A stretch of DNA of 64,000 bases from Callorhinchus milii. Taxonomy: Eukaryota. The stretch spans positions 106,394,001-106,458,000 of the forward strand of contig NW_024704743.1 of assembly GCF_018977255.1 (NCBI RefSeq), written 5' to 3'. A program made the translations under genes and the position numbers. How positions within the stretch are numbered: the first letter of the stretch is position 1; every line of letters begins with the position of its first letter. Of the stretch, positions 1-13,067 are shown piece after piece. The notes below the pieces were generated by a model that was given only the letters and a program-made list of their open reading frames with translations, had not been told where the DNA came from and searched no databases.

Positions 1-2054
1 ATTATTATCAGAAGTCCTTCTACATTCTCCAGCAATGAGCATTGTTCCCAAATTCACAAAACATGCCATAATGTGGCCATTGTCCCCACAAACCAACCTT
101 CTGCTCTGTCTGAGTGAGACTGATCTGCGCTGCACTATAAGGAGTTTGTCTAGAAGACTTATAATCACATGAAGCTGCTCTGAGATTTCCCAGGTTCATT
201 TCATGTTGATCTTTCTAATGTAGCATAGAATTTATAGGACCTTCCAATCAGTAAGGTCAGATTCAATTCCAGGTCCTGGAGGCAAGACATTGTGTTAATC
301 CATTGCATCATTCTGTTCTTTAGCCTTATTTTTGTTCAATGGTGGACATTCTTGTTTTCTTGAACTAAGGCGATCCCTGCAGAAATGGCCTGGCCTGTTA
401 TAACTTGGTGGAATTGGAATTCAGTGAAGGACAATATCGTATAAGATTTTTTTGGTCAGCCACATTCGGGTGTCTGAACACATGCACCAAGTCCATCCCC
501 CTCGATGCTATCCAATAGGTCATTGATGAATACATTGAATTAGGTGCTCGACAATGAACTCGCTGAGCCCATCCTCTTGAAAGCGGGATTAGGCGAGGCT
601 GCCTTTGCCATATAAGATGATTAGTAAATGTTCAGTTTAACTTCCTTTCAGACTTTCAATTCCTCATTTTAATACTAATTGAAGATCTGTTTCCCTTAAG
701 TACCCAAGTTTATAGTGACTCTGCTGTGTGACTGAAATTCCAAGAATTGCTAACAAATATGGTAGATTGCAGTTGGGAAACAAAACTGGCATAGGCGGTT
801 GTGTGGCTGGTATTTTGTTGGGAGTTTTTAAGCCTTTTGTCGGTTGAGAAAGCAAATTGCCAATTCTATGTGTTTTGAAAGGGTTACGTTAATAGAGTGA
901 GTCGAGACATAGGTGGAATTTTACCCCTCACATCTGTTGTTTTTCACCATTCATTACAATCCTTCAATTCAATTTCCTATTCTCTGCACTTCTTTGTATT
1001 TCTAAATCTTCTTATGTCCTTCGTTGTTCAAACTGCTGCATGTTACTCTGTAACTGCCAATTGGAGAGGTGGGCAGAGGTGACGAGAGATGGTTTTGGCT
1101 TTCTTTCGCATCCCAGGCCCCACCCACCTACACCAAGCCCGATCAAGAACTTGTTATGTTGAGAAAATTAGTTGAACCCATGCCATATTACTGCATGATT
1201 TACTGTATGCTGAGGGCGGAGTTGTTAATCAGCTGACATCTGACCCCAGCATTCGATAATCGTCTATTCAAAAGAATGTACGAAAGTGTAAAGTGATGTG
1301 ACTTGTGTTCTCACTCACATACTTTTCCACTGTTGATGCCAGTTTAAACCAATTCAATCAATGTCTTGAATTCTTAGCAACTCATGAGGAGGGGTGAAAG
1401 AATTCATCCACTGCAAATCATGTAAGTTTCAAAGTACAGTATAAAGTGGTTTGACATTTGCACTGCTTTTAATTCTATAGTTTCCCACAAGTTGGCGAAT
1501 GACTGGATGAAATTGCTTTGCTTGGGGATTGGTGTACTGGTTCCAGCAGTGGGATTGATGTTGACGTGCATCTCCACTCTAAATTTGATTTGGGAGAGTT
1601 TGTCTATATCAGTGACAGTATATTGATGCTAATAATAAAGTGATGAAAAGGCTCCAGGTTTAAAGTAGTAGTGGATTCTAACTCTGCTCTTTGCCTTTGC
1701 TAGCAAGCCTTTCGTTCAGCACTTGTGACTGACTATCCCACAATAAGTTTGAAACAAAAGCTTGTAAGCATTGGCAAAGAGTGTATGTTGAGTCTCCCTG
1801 TCTTTATTCCTGGGGAGTAAAGGGGAGAATAGCAGAAAAAGTCACTTGTGATTGTCAGATGTACCTGCCTCGCAATCACTCCATATCCCAGAGTGGAAAA
1901 GCACTTGAATGGTTGCACAGCCACTGGTGGAAAAAGTACCCATCGCATAAACTGTGTTTACTCCCTAAGCCCAACACGTACATTTGCGAGACCTCGGCTG
2001 CGCTGAGATCTCAGGCAGGAGCCTAAATCAGCATGATGTATGAGTTTTCTGCAT

Positions 2055-2257
2055 GGAAACCTGTAGCTCAGTGGTTGGAGTACTCGCCTCGCAAGTGAGA
2101 GACCTGGGTTTGATTCCCGGCTGGGCGAATTGACTGCTGCGATTCCCCGACAAAATACACAGTCAATTAATTTTATAGTATATTCTGTGAAGCGCTTTGA
2201 GACTTCTCAAAGATGTGATAAGGCACTATATCAATGCAAGGATTATTATTATTATTA
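2055..2257 (+). mobile_element. tRNA-headed SINE, internally deleted copy
   Basis: A box (tagctcagtgg) and B-box-like head joined directly to the shared 3' tail and (ATT)n. Confidence 0.85.
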
Positions 2258-3034
2258 CATCAAGCCACGGAGTACTGTTTTCAGAGAGTGTGCCACGCTG
2301 GCATCTTCTAACCAGTTTAACTATCTTCTTGAGATTGTTTTTAAATATAGATGGTGCCCATCAAAATTCGCAGAGGAATATTTTATCAGAATAGGTTCTT
2401 GCCAAATGGAAGTTGACAGGTTACTAGTGCTTGAAGTTAGATAAGCTAGGGCTCTTCGTTCTTGAGAGAAAACGATCCAGATGAGACCTTTTAGAACTGT
2501 ATTAAATTTTAAATGGGATTGAAAATATAAAGCCAGAATATTACTTTATAAGACAGTAGAACAAGAGGACAAAGGTTGAGAGTTGTAAAGGACATTGGCA
2601 GGATGGTTTGGCTACTGGTTCTGCAGATTTAAGATTGATAATTTGTGGCAGGAAAAGATGGGGGTGAGGCGGAAATGCTGTTCTGAAATTATTCCCAGTC
2701 AGTGATAAATATTACAAAATGCATTCCTCCTCACCAAATCTGCAAATTATCCTTTCCAATGGTAGATTTATCCTCATCAGTTGTGAGGTGCAAAATATAT
2801 TTTTTTACAAAATCTCAACAATTTTCCCTTTCCCCCTCGCCTTTTAAAGCCGTTTTCCTTCTAACGGGAGCTCTAATGTTCACCTGTACATTGACGTCTA
2901 CATTGAGATTGATGTTGTGCCTTAGCAAGTGGAAAATGTTCTTATATTAGATAGAGTGCCATGGAAAGAAGCTTAACATTTTATTACAATATTAATCCTT
3001 GACATTTTATAGGCAAAATATGTGCTGTAGCTGT

Positions 3035-3115
3035 AACAAACAAAAGTACTGGACTTTCACAGGGCTGAGGAATGCCATGGAATATACATTAATAAAGAGC
3101 AGGTCATGGAAAACT
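3035..3115 (+). repeat. Direct repeat copy 1 (copy 2 at 6086-6166)
   Basis: 81-nt ungapped match with 5 mismatches by manual alignment. Confidence 0.9.
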
Positions 3116-4414
3116 AAGCATCGATTAGGTCAGAACATCTCAAAAGACTTTGTATATAATTGATGTTAAGTGTAAGTACTGTGTTTCTAGGCATCTTTTA
3201 TTCATTATGGTGAAAGGAAGAAAATTGTTTTTATACCTTGTGAAGTTATGTTATCTCCCCATTCCACTTTTGCTAAGCAAATTCCTTTTTGTTTCTCCTT
3301 GAATAACTATCTCCCGCAGCATTCTCAGTAAGACAATTTTACCATAATCATCCTTTGTTCTAGAACTGCCCAATTGCATTCAACCTGTAATCAAAGCTCT
3401 GGTATTGTCCTCATCTGGATTTGATATTTTGACATTGTAGTGTATGTCTTTTGGTAGAGCTTCAAAGTGAATGATCCAATGTAAGACTATCAGAAACTTC
3501 ACTGTGGAACAGAGATGAAAGGCTGAAATGCAACAGTGGCTATATCGATCAGTAGCTTCAGCTGACTTCAAGCCATACCATTGTGTTGATGGATGTACGA
3601 GAGAGGGATGGATAGGTTCTCACAACTTGTTGACTGTTATCTGTTGAAATTTCTGTTGAAAGATTCACTATGATATTGAATTTATTACGGAGCATTGCAT
3701 TGTCACCCCTGAAGTGGGTGCTTGCAATCAATGTATATCGTACAGCTTGCTGAATCAAGGAAATGATAACTTTGCTATTGAAATTTATATTGAAGAGTTC
3801 CAATTGGCAACACTTTGGGGGGGATGTTGATTATGATTGCACCCTCTTAATCCATCTCATAAGAACTGCAAACTTCTCCCCATTGACATTGATCAGTAGA
3901 ATGTATTTGAGTTTAAATGAAGAGTTTCCACATCTGTTTGTTTCCAGTAAAGGAATGTGATGTGAGAAGTACATTATGTTATAATATAAAAAAACTTGCA
4001 TTTGATATAATACCTTTCATGTTATGTGTATGTCTCAAAGCGCCTCAAGGGATATACTGTAAAGTGTATTTTGTAGGCAAATGAGGCAACCAATTTGCAC
4101 GCAATAATGTCCCATAAACAGCCGTGAAGTGAATGACCATATTTATCTGGGAAATTATCAGCCAGACATCAGAGAAACTCCCATCTATTTTCATACAGTG
4201 CCATCTCTTTTCAAATGGTGCAATACTGCATTGTTACCATTTTTACTCCTTGCAAATTGTTGTATGATAAAATTATATATTGAATTCCACTTTAACCGAC
4301 AGAAGATAGGCATTGTCTGTTTAAAACATTTGTTCTTAGTTTTTTTAAAAAANGACTTTAATTAAATTGAGGCAGTAAGTAGGTTCTGCCTTTGGTCAAA
4401 CTGGCTTAGAAGAT

Positions 4415-4800
4415 GGAGTCCTGTAGCTTAGTGGTTAGAGCATGCACCTCGCAAACGACAGGACTTCGGTTCGATTCCCAGCAGGGCGAAACACTGGGCA
4501 AGTTTCCTTACTCCACAGGCCTCTGTTTACCTCGCAATAAGTAGGAACCTGGTTGTTAGTCGATTGGTGGATCACTTTTCCAGGGCTAACAATCCCTTCA
4601 AAAAAACAAAAATAAATGTTTTGAAAAAATGTGGTCATGCAATCCACCACTGTTTGTGGGACACCGCTGTGTGCAATTGCTGCCACGTTTTGCCCACAAA
4701 ATATAGTCAATTCACTTTACAGTATAATCTGTGAAGCGCTTTGAGACATCTCAAAGATGTGATATAGTGCTATATCAAATGCAAGGATTATTATTATTAT
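4415..4800 (+). mobile_element. tRNA-Ala-headed SINE, long form, full length
   Basis: ggagtcctgtagct head, internal ctctgtttacct...gtcgattgg block, (ATT)n tail; possible TSD AAGATG (4410-4415 / 4801-4806). Confidence 0.9.
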
Positions 4801-6085
4801 AAGATGCACACCTAGCAAAGGGTAGCAGATGTAGAAATGCTTAAACACCAGGAAGGTTTCCACACAAGGTCTCCAGGATAACAGCAAAAATAAGGTCACT
4901 TGAAGTGTAAGGGCACTTTTTTTTAAGGATTTTACACAATGTGAAAGGCGCTATACAAATGTAATTTTGTAATGTAGTAGGGCAGCTCTTGACAAAGTGT
5001 TCTGCCAACCAATCTTCAAATTTCCTGTTCAAAATATTTACCACTAATGAGACCCCATCAATAACAATTTCCACTTGCATAGTGCCTTTCATGGTGAGAA
5101 CATCTCAAAATGCTTGACAGCTGAGCAGGAACCCGAGCTGGGATGGAGCAAGGGATGGGGGATGGGGGAGTGTCTGGGAGACTAGGGTTGCGAGAGGGTA
5201 GATACAGTAACTTCCTCTATTTTATTGATGCTAACTGCTAATGCTAATTTCTACCAACCTTTTCTCTGTTGTTCCTCTTTAGCTCCAAATACACTGTCCT
5301 ACACACCCTTTCCCCTTCCTGTCTCTTTACTGAATTGAAATTTAGATCTATATTATGCTTTTCCTACTCTTAACTGATTCTTTCCCAGGCCTCATTTTCC
5401 TCTGTCTTTTGATCCCTCTATAATCTACAGGTTTTTGAAACCCAACTTTGGAATCACCTAACTCCAGTATTACTTCTTAGTTTCATCTTATCATCTTTTC
5501 CTCACCTTCGTTCTTCCAACCTCGGTGTTGTCCTATTCATTGACCTTCATTAAGGTTTCTCAATTTTTTAAAAGAAAATTACTGAAATTAAAATCATAAT
5601 GAGATTGCTGTGTTGGGATTCTTGGAGGAAAATGATAAAATGTAGGTATGTAGAAATAAGCAAGATAATTTAAATTAGGAAACAGATCAATTGAATGAAA
5701 AATATTCTTGTTTAGTTTTAAAAAAAATCTTTCAAAGACCTAAATTTAGTGCAATGACTACATTCTTCATAATTTGAGTTGTTACAAATTTGAAGCACTC
5801 GAAAATATGACTGCTTATTCACCAGTAAAATTAAAAGAGAAATGAGTTTAGGTAGGATGTGTTTGATTTCCAAAAAAAAATTCAGAATGAGGTAACAAAC
5901 TAGATGGAGTGAATTCTTATTCTAAATGTTTACCTCTTTAATTAGTTTAAAATAAATAATATTAATCTTTAAATTCGATCTAGTGCCTTACAATACCGTG
6001 AAATCATCTCAAAATGTTTCACAGGATTTACTGTAAAGTGCATTGATATATTTTATAAGCAAAGTATGACTTCTGCTGTTGATGC

Positions 6086-6166
6086 AACAAACAAAAGTAC
6101 TGGACTTTCACAGGGCTGAGGAATGCCGTGGAATGTATGCTAATAAAGAGCAGGTCATGGAAAACT
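6086..6166 (+). repeat. Direct repeat copy 2 (copy 1 at 3035-3115)
   Basis: Same alignment as copy 1. Confidence 0.9.
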
Positions 6167-6403
6167 TAGGCACTATTGTTTTTTTTGTGTTTGGCACTGA
6201 ACTTTCAAATTAGATTTTCATTTCAATTGAAGGGTGGGGTGAGAATTGAAGTCAACTGTTGTTTAGGTTTCTAATGTATAAGAAGGTTACTGTACTCCGT
6301 ATAGTGCATACAAATGCTTTGAGCACCAGTGGTAAGAAATTTCATATGTGCTCATTGAAAGGTTTGCTATATTTAATCAAAGGAGGAGAATAAGCAAAGA
6401 CTT

Positions 6404-6714
6404 ATAATAATCCTTGCATTCGATATAGCGCTTTTCAAGTTGGGAGGACGTCCCAAAGCGCTTCACAGAATATACTGTAAAGTGAATTGACTGTATATTT
6501 GAGGGCGAACGCGGTAGCCAATTGCGCACAGCAATGTCCCACAAACAGTCGTAGATTGAAAATGACCAATTTATTATTGTTTTTGGTTTTGGAGGGATTA
6601 TTATTAGGCGTGTGGAGTAAGGAAACTTGCCCAAGGTTTCGCCCTGCCTGGAATTGAACTCATGTCTCTCGCTTGCAAAGCGAGTGCTCTAACCATTGAG
6701 CTACAGGACTCCAC
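6404..6714 (-). mobile_element. tRNA-Ala-headed SINE, short form
   Basis: Near-identical reverse complement of the copies at 26347 and 28441. Confidence 0.92.
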
Positions 6715-7091
6715 ATGTTGCAAATGGACACTGGGGAGGGAAAAAAAAGTCTGAGTTAGCATCTGAATTATTTGGATAATAGCTGAATGGTTTACCTAGT
6801 CATGTAGCATTGTTGACACAGCCACCAGGTAAGTTCAGTGATTCACTAATTTCACTTGTTTAGACTAATACTTATCAAATAAATCATTTTGTGTTTTATG
6901 GGGTTGCTATAGCTACTTTTAGGGATTCAAATTTAAAAACCTGACAAATCATTGACTCTGTACATAGCTTTGTAATCTCAAGCATCTCGGAAAAGCTTCA
7001 CTAAGGTATTCAAGCTGCTGCAGCTTGGGAAGCGCACAAAGTTTAATTAGTTTATCAAAACAGTGAGAAGCACAGTAAATTGCAGCATTAG

Positions 7092-7336
7092 TGACTAACA
7101 ACTGGGTTCCTACTTGCTGCTAGGTAAACAACAACAAGATTACATTTGTATAGGGCCTTTCACGTTGGGAGGACGTCCCAAGGTGCTGGACAGAGTACAG
7201 CATTTCAGACCCGAGCTGGGGTTGGGGTGAAACAGAGCCGGGTGGAGTGAGTAAACTTGCCCAATGTTTCACACTGCTCGGGAATTGAATCCAGGGGCTC
7301 TTGCTTGTGAGGCAAGTGCTCTAACCACTACAGGAT
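7092..7336 (-). mobile_element. Partial long-form SINE interrupted by an L2 3'-tail insertion (7131-7229)
   Basis: SINE sequence resumes after about 100 nt of L2 tail; AAACA is duplicated at 7126-7130 and 7230-7234. Confidence 0.8.
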
Positions 7337-8109
7337 ACCTTGTGATGAAAACAGGAGAGGAATGAAATTTTACCAAACTTCAGTGTTAAGACTATGTTGT
7401 CTTAAAATGTAAGATTTGTGGAAAATGTTCAATTTAGTCAAATTTGAAAGCTTTCTGTAGTGCTTAAAAATAATTAATTTCCAAATTAAGATAAAATTTT
7501 GTTTGAGGTACATAAGCAAGAACTATTGTTCCAACAATTTAATAATATAACATCCAAATTTTCAGAATTAGATATTAATACTGGGGTCCACCTACAGGTT
7601 CAGGTAGATGTTAAAGTTTCCATGGCACTATTTAAAAAGAGAAAGAAGTTTCTTCTGCTATCCTGGCCACCAATCCTCTAAGTAAATTTGTTCATTCTCT
7701 TCAAGGCCGTTTGTGGGATATTGCTGTGCACAAAATGGTTGCCACATTTATCAACAAAATGAACAGACACTTACAGAATATCCTGTGAATCACTTTGAGA
7801 ACTCCTCCCAAAGTGAAAAGTGCTATATCAAATGTAAGGGTTATGATTAATAATCCGAAGTCTAGGTGAATGGCAAGACCCACAACCCTAGGACAGTGTT
7901 GAAAATGCAAAGAGTGAGAGAGAAAAATGAAGTAAAAGCTAACTGAAGTTATATTTGCACTTTTAAAAGCATGTAGATTGTATGAGGAAGAAAAATCTGG
8001 ATTGAAGGTTAATGAGTAACAAGGCAATAAAGAGAAACATTAGCTGTGTTGAGGTTGAGCTGGGGTGAAAGCCATTCAACTACCTGCTGTAAAGAACATA
8101 ATCCAGTAT

Positions 8110-8541
8110 TATAATAATCCTTGCATTTGATATATCGCCTTATGTCGTCAAGACGTCTCAAAGCTCCTCACAGGATAAACTGTAAAGTGGATTGACAGAA
8201 TATTTTGTGGGTTAAATACAGCAGCTGGTTTTGCACACAGCTGTTTTGCATAAACAGCCATGGGGTGAGTGACTACTTTTAGTTGGAGGATTTGTTGGCC
8301 AGGATACCAGGAGGAACTCACTTCTTTTCTCAAATAGGGCCATGGGATGGATCTTTAACATTCACCTGAACTGGCACGGTTTAACATCTCATCCAAAAGA
8401 CCATGCCTCCAACAATGCAGCACACCTCCAGCACTGTTTTGAAGTGTCAGTTTAGACTATGTGATTCCATGTACTGACATGGGGCTTGAACCCACAACCT
8501 TCTGACTCAAAAGCGAGAGTGCTACCACTGCACCAGGCTAA
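8110..8541 (-). mobile_element. Older Deu-domain SINE (SacSINE1/AmnSINE1-like)
   Basis: Different tRNA-like head (cagtggtagcactctcgc...gtcagaaggttgtgggttcaag), Deu core (gttaaa...caggtga..gttaaagatccc..atggc...tcctggccaac) and the shared tail. Confidence 0.8.
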
Positions 8542-8708
8542 CGTAAATTGTTTATGAAGTGCAGTAGTCAAGGCAATGTATCTCCACTAGTAGCATACAG
8601 TTTGGTGAGCGCAGTCCAACATATATCATGTAAAGGGAACAAGCTTTGATAATCTGACTTCAATCTAATACTTCCCTCCTCATCTATCAATATTGGGAAT
8701 CTGATTTA

Positions 8709-9017
8709 TAATAAATAATAATAATCCTTGCATTTGATATAGAGCTTTTTCACATCTTCTTGACGTCTCAAAGTGCTTCACAGAATATACTGTAAAGTGA
8801 ATTGACTGTATAGTTGTGGGCAGAACGCGGGAATCAATTGCGTACAGCAGTGTCCCACATGGATTGACGTGACCAATTTATTATTGTTTTTTTTCTTGAG
8901 GAATTATTATTAGACATGTGGAGTAAGGAAACTTGCCCAAGGTTTCGCCCTGCTGGGAATTGAACCCAGGTCTCTTGCTTGAGAGGCAAGTGCTCTAACC
9001 ACTAAGCTACAGGACTC
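8709..9017 (-). mobile_element. tRNA-Ala-headed SINE, short form
   Basis: Head, body and (TAA)n tail match the family. Confidence 0.9.
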
Positions 9018-9064
9018 TAGGATTTATTTGATTGCTTGCTTTATGGGATTCCCATATTAGTTCA

Positions 9065-9385
9065 TAGTCTAGGCTGAAACTCCAAGACTACTATCAAAGA
9101 TGCCGTTCTATAGATAACACGTTAATCAAGGTCCTGTCTGCCTGTTCAGGTTAAAGATCCCATGGCATTGGTTGAAAAGAGAAAGGATCTTCTCCTTGTG
9201 TCCTGATCAACAATTCTCCCATAAAATAGGTCATTCACCTCATGGGTGTTTGTGGGACATTGCTATGTGCAAATTGATTGCAACATTAATTTACAAATAT
9301 GCAGTTATTACAACTTATAATAGTAATAGATCCCGTAAAGCTCTTTGAGATATGTTGATGACATGATGAGGTGCTATATCAATTG
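9065..9385 (+). mobile_element. Degraded Deu-domain SINE
   Basis: gtcctgtctgcctgttcagg-ttaaagatcccatggca...tgtcctgatcaac...tgtgggacattgctatgtgc. Confidence 0.7.
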
Positions 9386-9867
9386 TTCATAAGTCAGGAA
9401 ATGGGGATTTTTCCAGTAATCAGAAACACACCACAGCAACCCATGAAGTCCACTCCAACACAATCTACTTCCAGAGTATAGGTTCCCGTGAGATGACAGG
9501 AATTTTAATGGGGTTCCTTAAATCTTGTTGCAAATTACAACAAATTAGAGTCCATGGGTTTGATATAGAACAGCAACTTAGATTTATATAGTACCCTTTA
9601 CATGGGGTAGCGTCCTGGAGCGCTTATATGTCGTCTGTGTTTCTTATAGTTAAAAGAGAATTTTGAAAGAATATATACCTTTTAAATCCTTCTGTTGGGT
9701 TCTTTATAAATTTGTTGAACAGTTGTTTAATATCCATTTGTTCACGACTAAAGCAGAAGTCACAGCAAATAGGACTGTAGATACTACTTGAACTGAACAG
9801 CAACCTGAAGGACGCCTAAGACTTAATGTTTTGTAAACTTTCATGGACATGTTGTTTTACAGAAAAT

Positions 9868-9996
9868 ATGGGATGTATAAAATCAAAGTCAAAGAAGAAC
9901 TTCAATGAAGCATCAAATGAATTGAAGGAAAAACCAGTACGTAAATCCGATCCAACTATATATGTGAGAGATCCCACATGCAATATTCAAGTGCCA
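9868..9996 (+). CDS. LYN: LYN coding exon 1: ATG, SH4/unique region, long (LynA) form
   Basis: Acceptor tttacag ends at 9862, ATG at 9868. Encodes MGCIKSKSKKNFNEASNELKEKPVRKSDPTIYVRDPTCNIQVP, with myristoyl Gly2, palmitoyl Cys3 and the Lyn-type IYVRDPT. Donor CCA|GTAAGT at 9997; internal donor CCA|GTACGT at 9937. Confidence 0.95.
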
Positions 9997-11853
9997 GTAA
10001 GTCGTGAGGAGAGTTTAAGAGGCAATTTCAGTTGAACGTAGTTAGATACTATGTGTGCCTGACTGACCTGTCCAATATTTATTATTGCTCATTGCAACTA
10101 TAAAAACCCGAATAATTTGCTTTTGCTGCATTTAGCATTTGATATACTTAAGTCATGGGCTTGCAAATTAATTGTGTTTTCTGAACCATTCTCAATGCAA
10201 TTTAAATCATTAAATGCCAAATTGGGGTCTATTGTATCCACTTCAAACGACAGAGTGAAAATTATAAAGTGGTTGCGATAATTATCACATTGTTGAAAAA
10301 TGTATGTTTGAAAAAGGTGTGATTCTTCTCCCCCACCCTCCAAACGTTTGCTGGGCCTGAAGTCACCATTGTGGTCACTGGCTGCTAAATGTAGCATTGA
10401 ATGTGGTTCTGAGATGCTGGCTTTTAACTCAACAAAAACAACCTGTGTTAAGTCTGTATCCTGGGAACCAATGCTCAAATTCAGCACTCTGAGACTTTGG
10501 ACCCAACCATTATGCTGAACTGGTGGAGTGGGAGGGAGAGCAAGTCACACACCTGTGCACAGTCTATCATTATAATTATCATTGACTGCAATCTGGTTAT
10601 TCTAACCCTGCAATTTCACCTTGAGATAAACAGAGTGAGTGGATCTCCCGGTCACCCATAGATCCACACATGAAAGTCTGTGCGCACACAAAGTACAATA
10701 TCCTGCTCACATCTGCTGTTTGTTTTTCATAACTAACCAGAATGTACTTAATTGATATTGTCACAATTGGTGCAGACTCCATAGACAACACAAATTTACA
10801 TTTATAGAACACATTTCAGGTTGGGAGGATGTCTCATGAAGCTTAACAGTCCCAGTTTGGAAGGAATGAATAACCTCCTATGCTGTGAATGAGGTTATAA
10901 GAATGGATTTCTAAAATCCATTAGAATTAGCTCCATCTTGAAAGTGTTTTTTTTCAAAATTAAGTTTGAGTCCCTGTCTTTTTTTTAAAAGAAACTTCAA
11001 CTTCGCAATGCAGTGTTTCAGGTTGCCACCTATCTGATCAGTTGGGGGCAGAGATTTCTGAAAATGTGAATCGGACATCAAAACAACAACTTGCGTTTAT
11101 GTAGTGCCCCTCCCAGAGCGGTTGACAGTGGCGGAGCATAACACCAAGCAGGAGGGAGGGGGATGTGACCATAGGCACGGTCGATGAGGAAGGTCTTCAG
11201 GTGCTTTCTAAACTAAAACCCTTTCTAAACTAAAATTCCCATCTTTCTCTGTGACTTGTGATGTGTAGCCATTAGTCATCAAGGTTATCAAGAAGTCACT
11301 AACGTAGTATTTGCAAAATGCATCTCAGATAGATGACTCCTCATCCCACACTTAACTAGTTTGGATTTGACGCGCTTATATCTATCAATGTGCTTGATGG
11401 CCTTCCCTTGTAATTTTAATGGAACTTGTGTGTACATGTGCCCTTAATCCAATAATCCCAAATGGAGATTTAATCATTGTGTATGTTGATACAAGAAACA
11501 ATATGATGGATGTGTGTTTGGCATAGCAATCACCATATTAAATGGACAGTGTTCCCAGTGGCAAGCTATGTGGTTTCAGCTGGTTAAACTCCAATAGTAC
11601 TCCAATGCACACTCTAGGGTCCCTAAACCATGGCTTTCACCAACCTACTCCTAATACTCTCCAGAATTAGGTAAACAGCATGCTTCCCTACGGTGGGAAG
11701 AGTGTGCATTCCTTTCCATTTATGTTAAACTCTCTGGTTTGGATATTCTTAAGCATGGCAATGGGTGTCAAACACACAGCTGACCAAAAATATTAAATAT
11801 TTAGCATTACGTATTCACAATATTCCAGTTACTGAATAAATGTCTTGTTTTAG

Positions 11854-11908
11854 AAAACAAAGAAGGAACCGTACCTTTTACCTGGACAGCGATTCCAAGA
11901 TTTGGAAG
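11854..11908 (+). CDS. LYN: LYN coding exon 2 (unique domain)
   Basis: ttttag|AAA...GAAG|gtatgc, 55 nt. KTKKEPYLLPGQRFQDLE matches Lyn LLPGQRFQ; phase 0 to 1. Confidence 0.93.
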
Positions 11909-11970
11909 GTATGCTTATGGGGAATGTGACCATTTGGGTGATCAAAGAACATATTTTGTGTTCTGTTTAA

Positions 11971-12111
<141 letters not shown>

Positions 12112-13067
12112 TAAGTGTTTTATGTTTTTATATGCCATTGGAAATGCATGTTATTCACTTTGGTCAGTGCAAACAGCAGGAATCTGTTTACAAATGAGCA
12201 GTGAACCTTTAATGAACATCTCTTCCTTTGCTGTAAAGGCACCAACTGTTGCAGCATCAGGCTATATATGCCAGCAAGTTGCAGGTTCAAACGCTGCACT
12301 GGGTTAGCTGGAACAGTAGCTGAGCCGTTAAAAATGGCCATGTGTTAGGGACGGCAAATTGGGTAGCTAAGCTGTTCATTAACCAGAGACCTTAGCAGGA
12401 AGCTGAGTATGTGTCGACATCAGATGATGAATCACATTGGACCTGGCTGTAACACCTCTGTCTCTAAAAATACTCAATTTTTGAGGCTTACTCATGCCTA
12501 ATGCCACTTAGATGAGATCCTAAAGGGCACCCAGCACCTCAGTAACTGTAATCCAATTGAAGAAAAAAGATTGCATTTTTTTTCACACGGAGAGGGCAGA
12601 GGAGGACATTTGGCAATATTTTTTGAAAAAAATATTTTGACCAAGGTAGATTAATACAGATAAATGGATATCAATACAGATAAATAGATTGTCCAATTCA
12701 ATTCCTTAAAACTAGCTGACAAGTTGAAATTCTCTTCCATCAGTCTGGGATGGACAGTTGCATTGTTATGTAATCTCGTTCCATGGACTGAAAGGAAATG
12801 AGAGGAAATTACTCCTTGACCTTCCTTCACCGGACAAAACCACTTGCTCTCTGCACAATTACGTCCTAACTTAATTGTGCCAGCATCCATCATGATTCTT
12901 CTCTCCCAGAATTAGATTATAAAACAGATTGTTATGCTGCCAATACAATGTGCTTCTCTCAAAGATTCAAGGTTGAGGAATTATTCATGTCCACTTTTTT
13001 TTGAAGACTAGTTCACAAAACCGAAGGGTTGCTTAAATACAGCTTCTGCTTTTGAGCACAATACTGT

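Noticed and set aside
4353..4353. Single N base
   Set aside because: Ambiguous assembly base next to a homopolymer; no biological signal.
10098..10487. 129-aa minus-strand ORF in a LYN intron
   Set aside because: Non-ATG start, no recognisable domain or splice support; consistent with chance.
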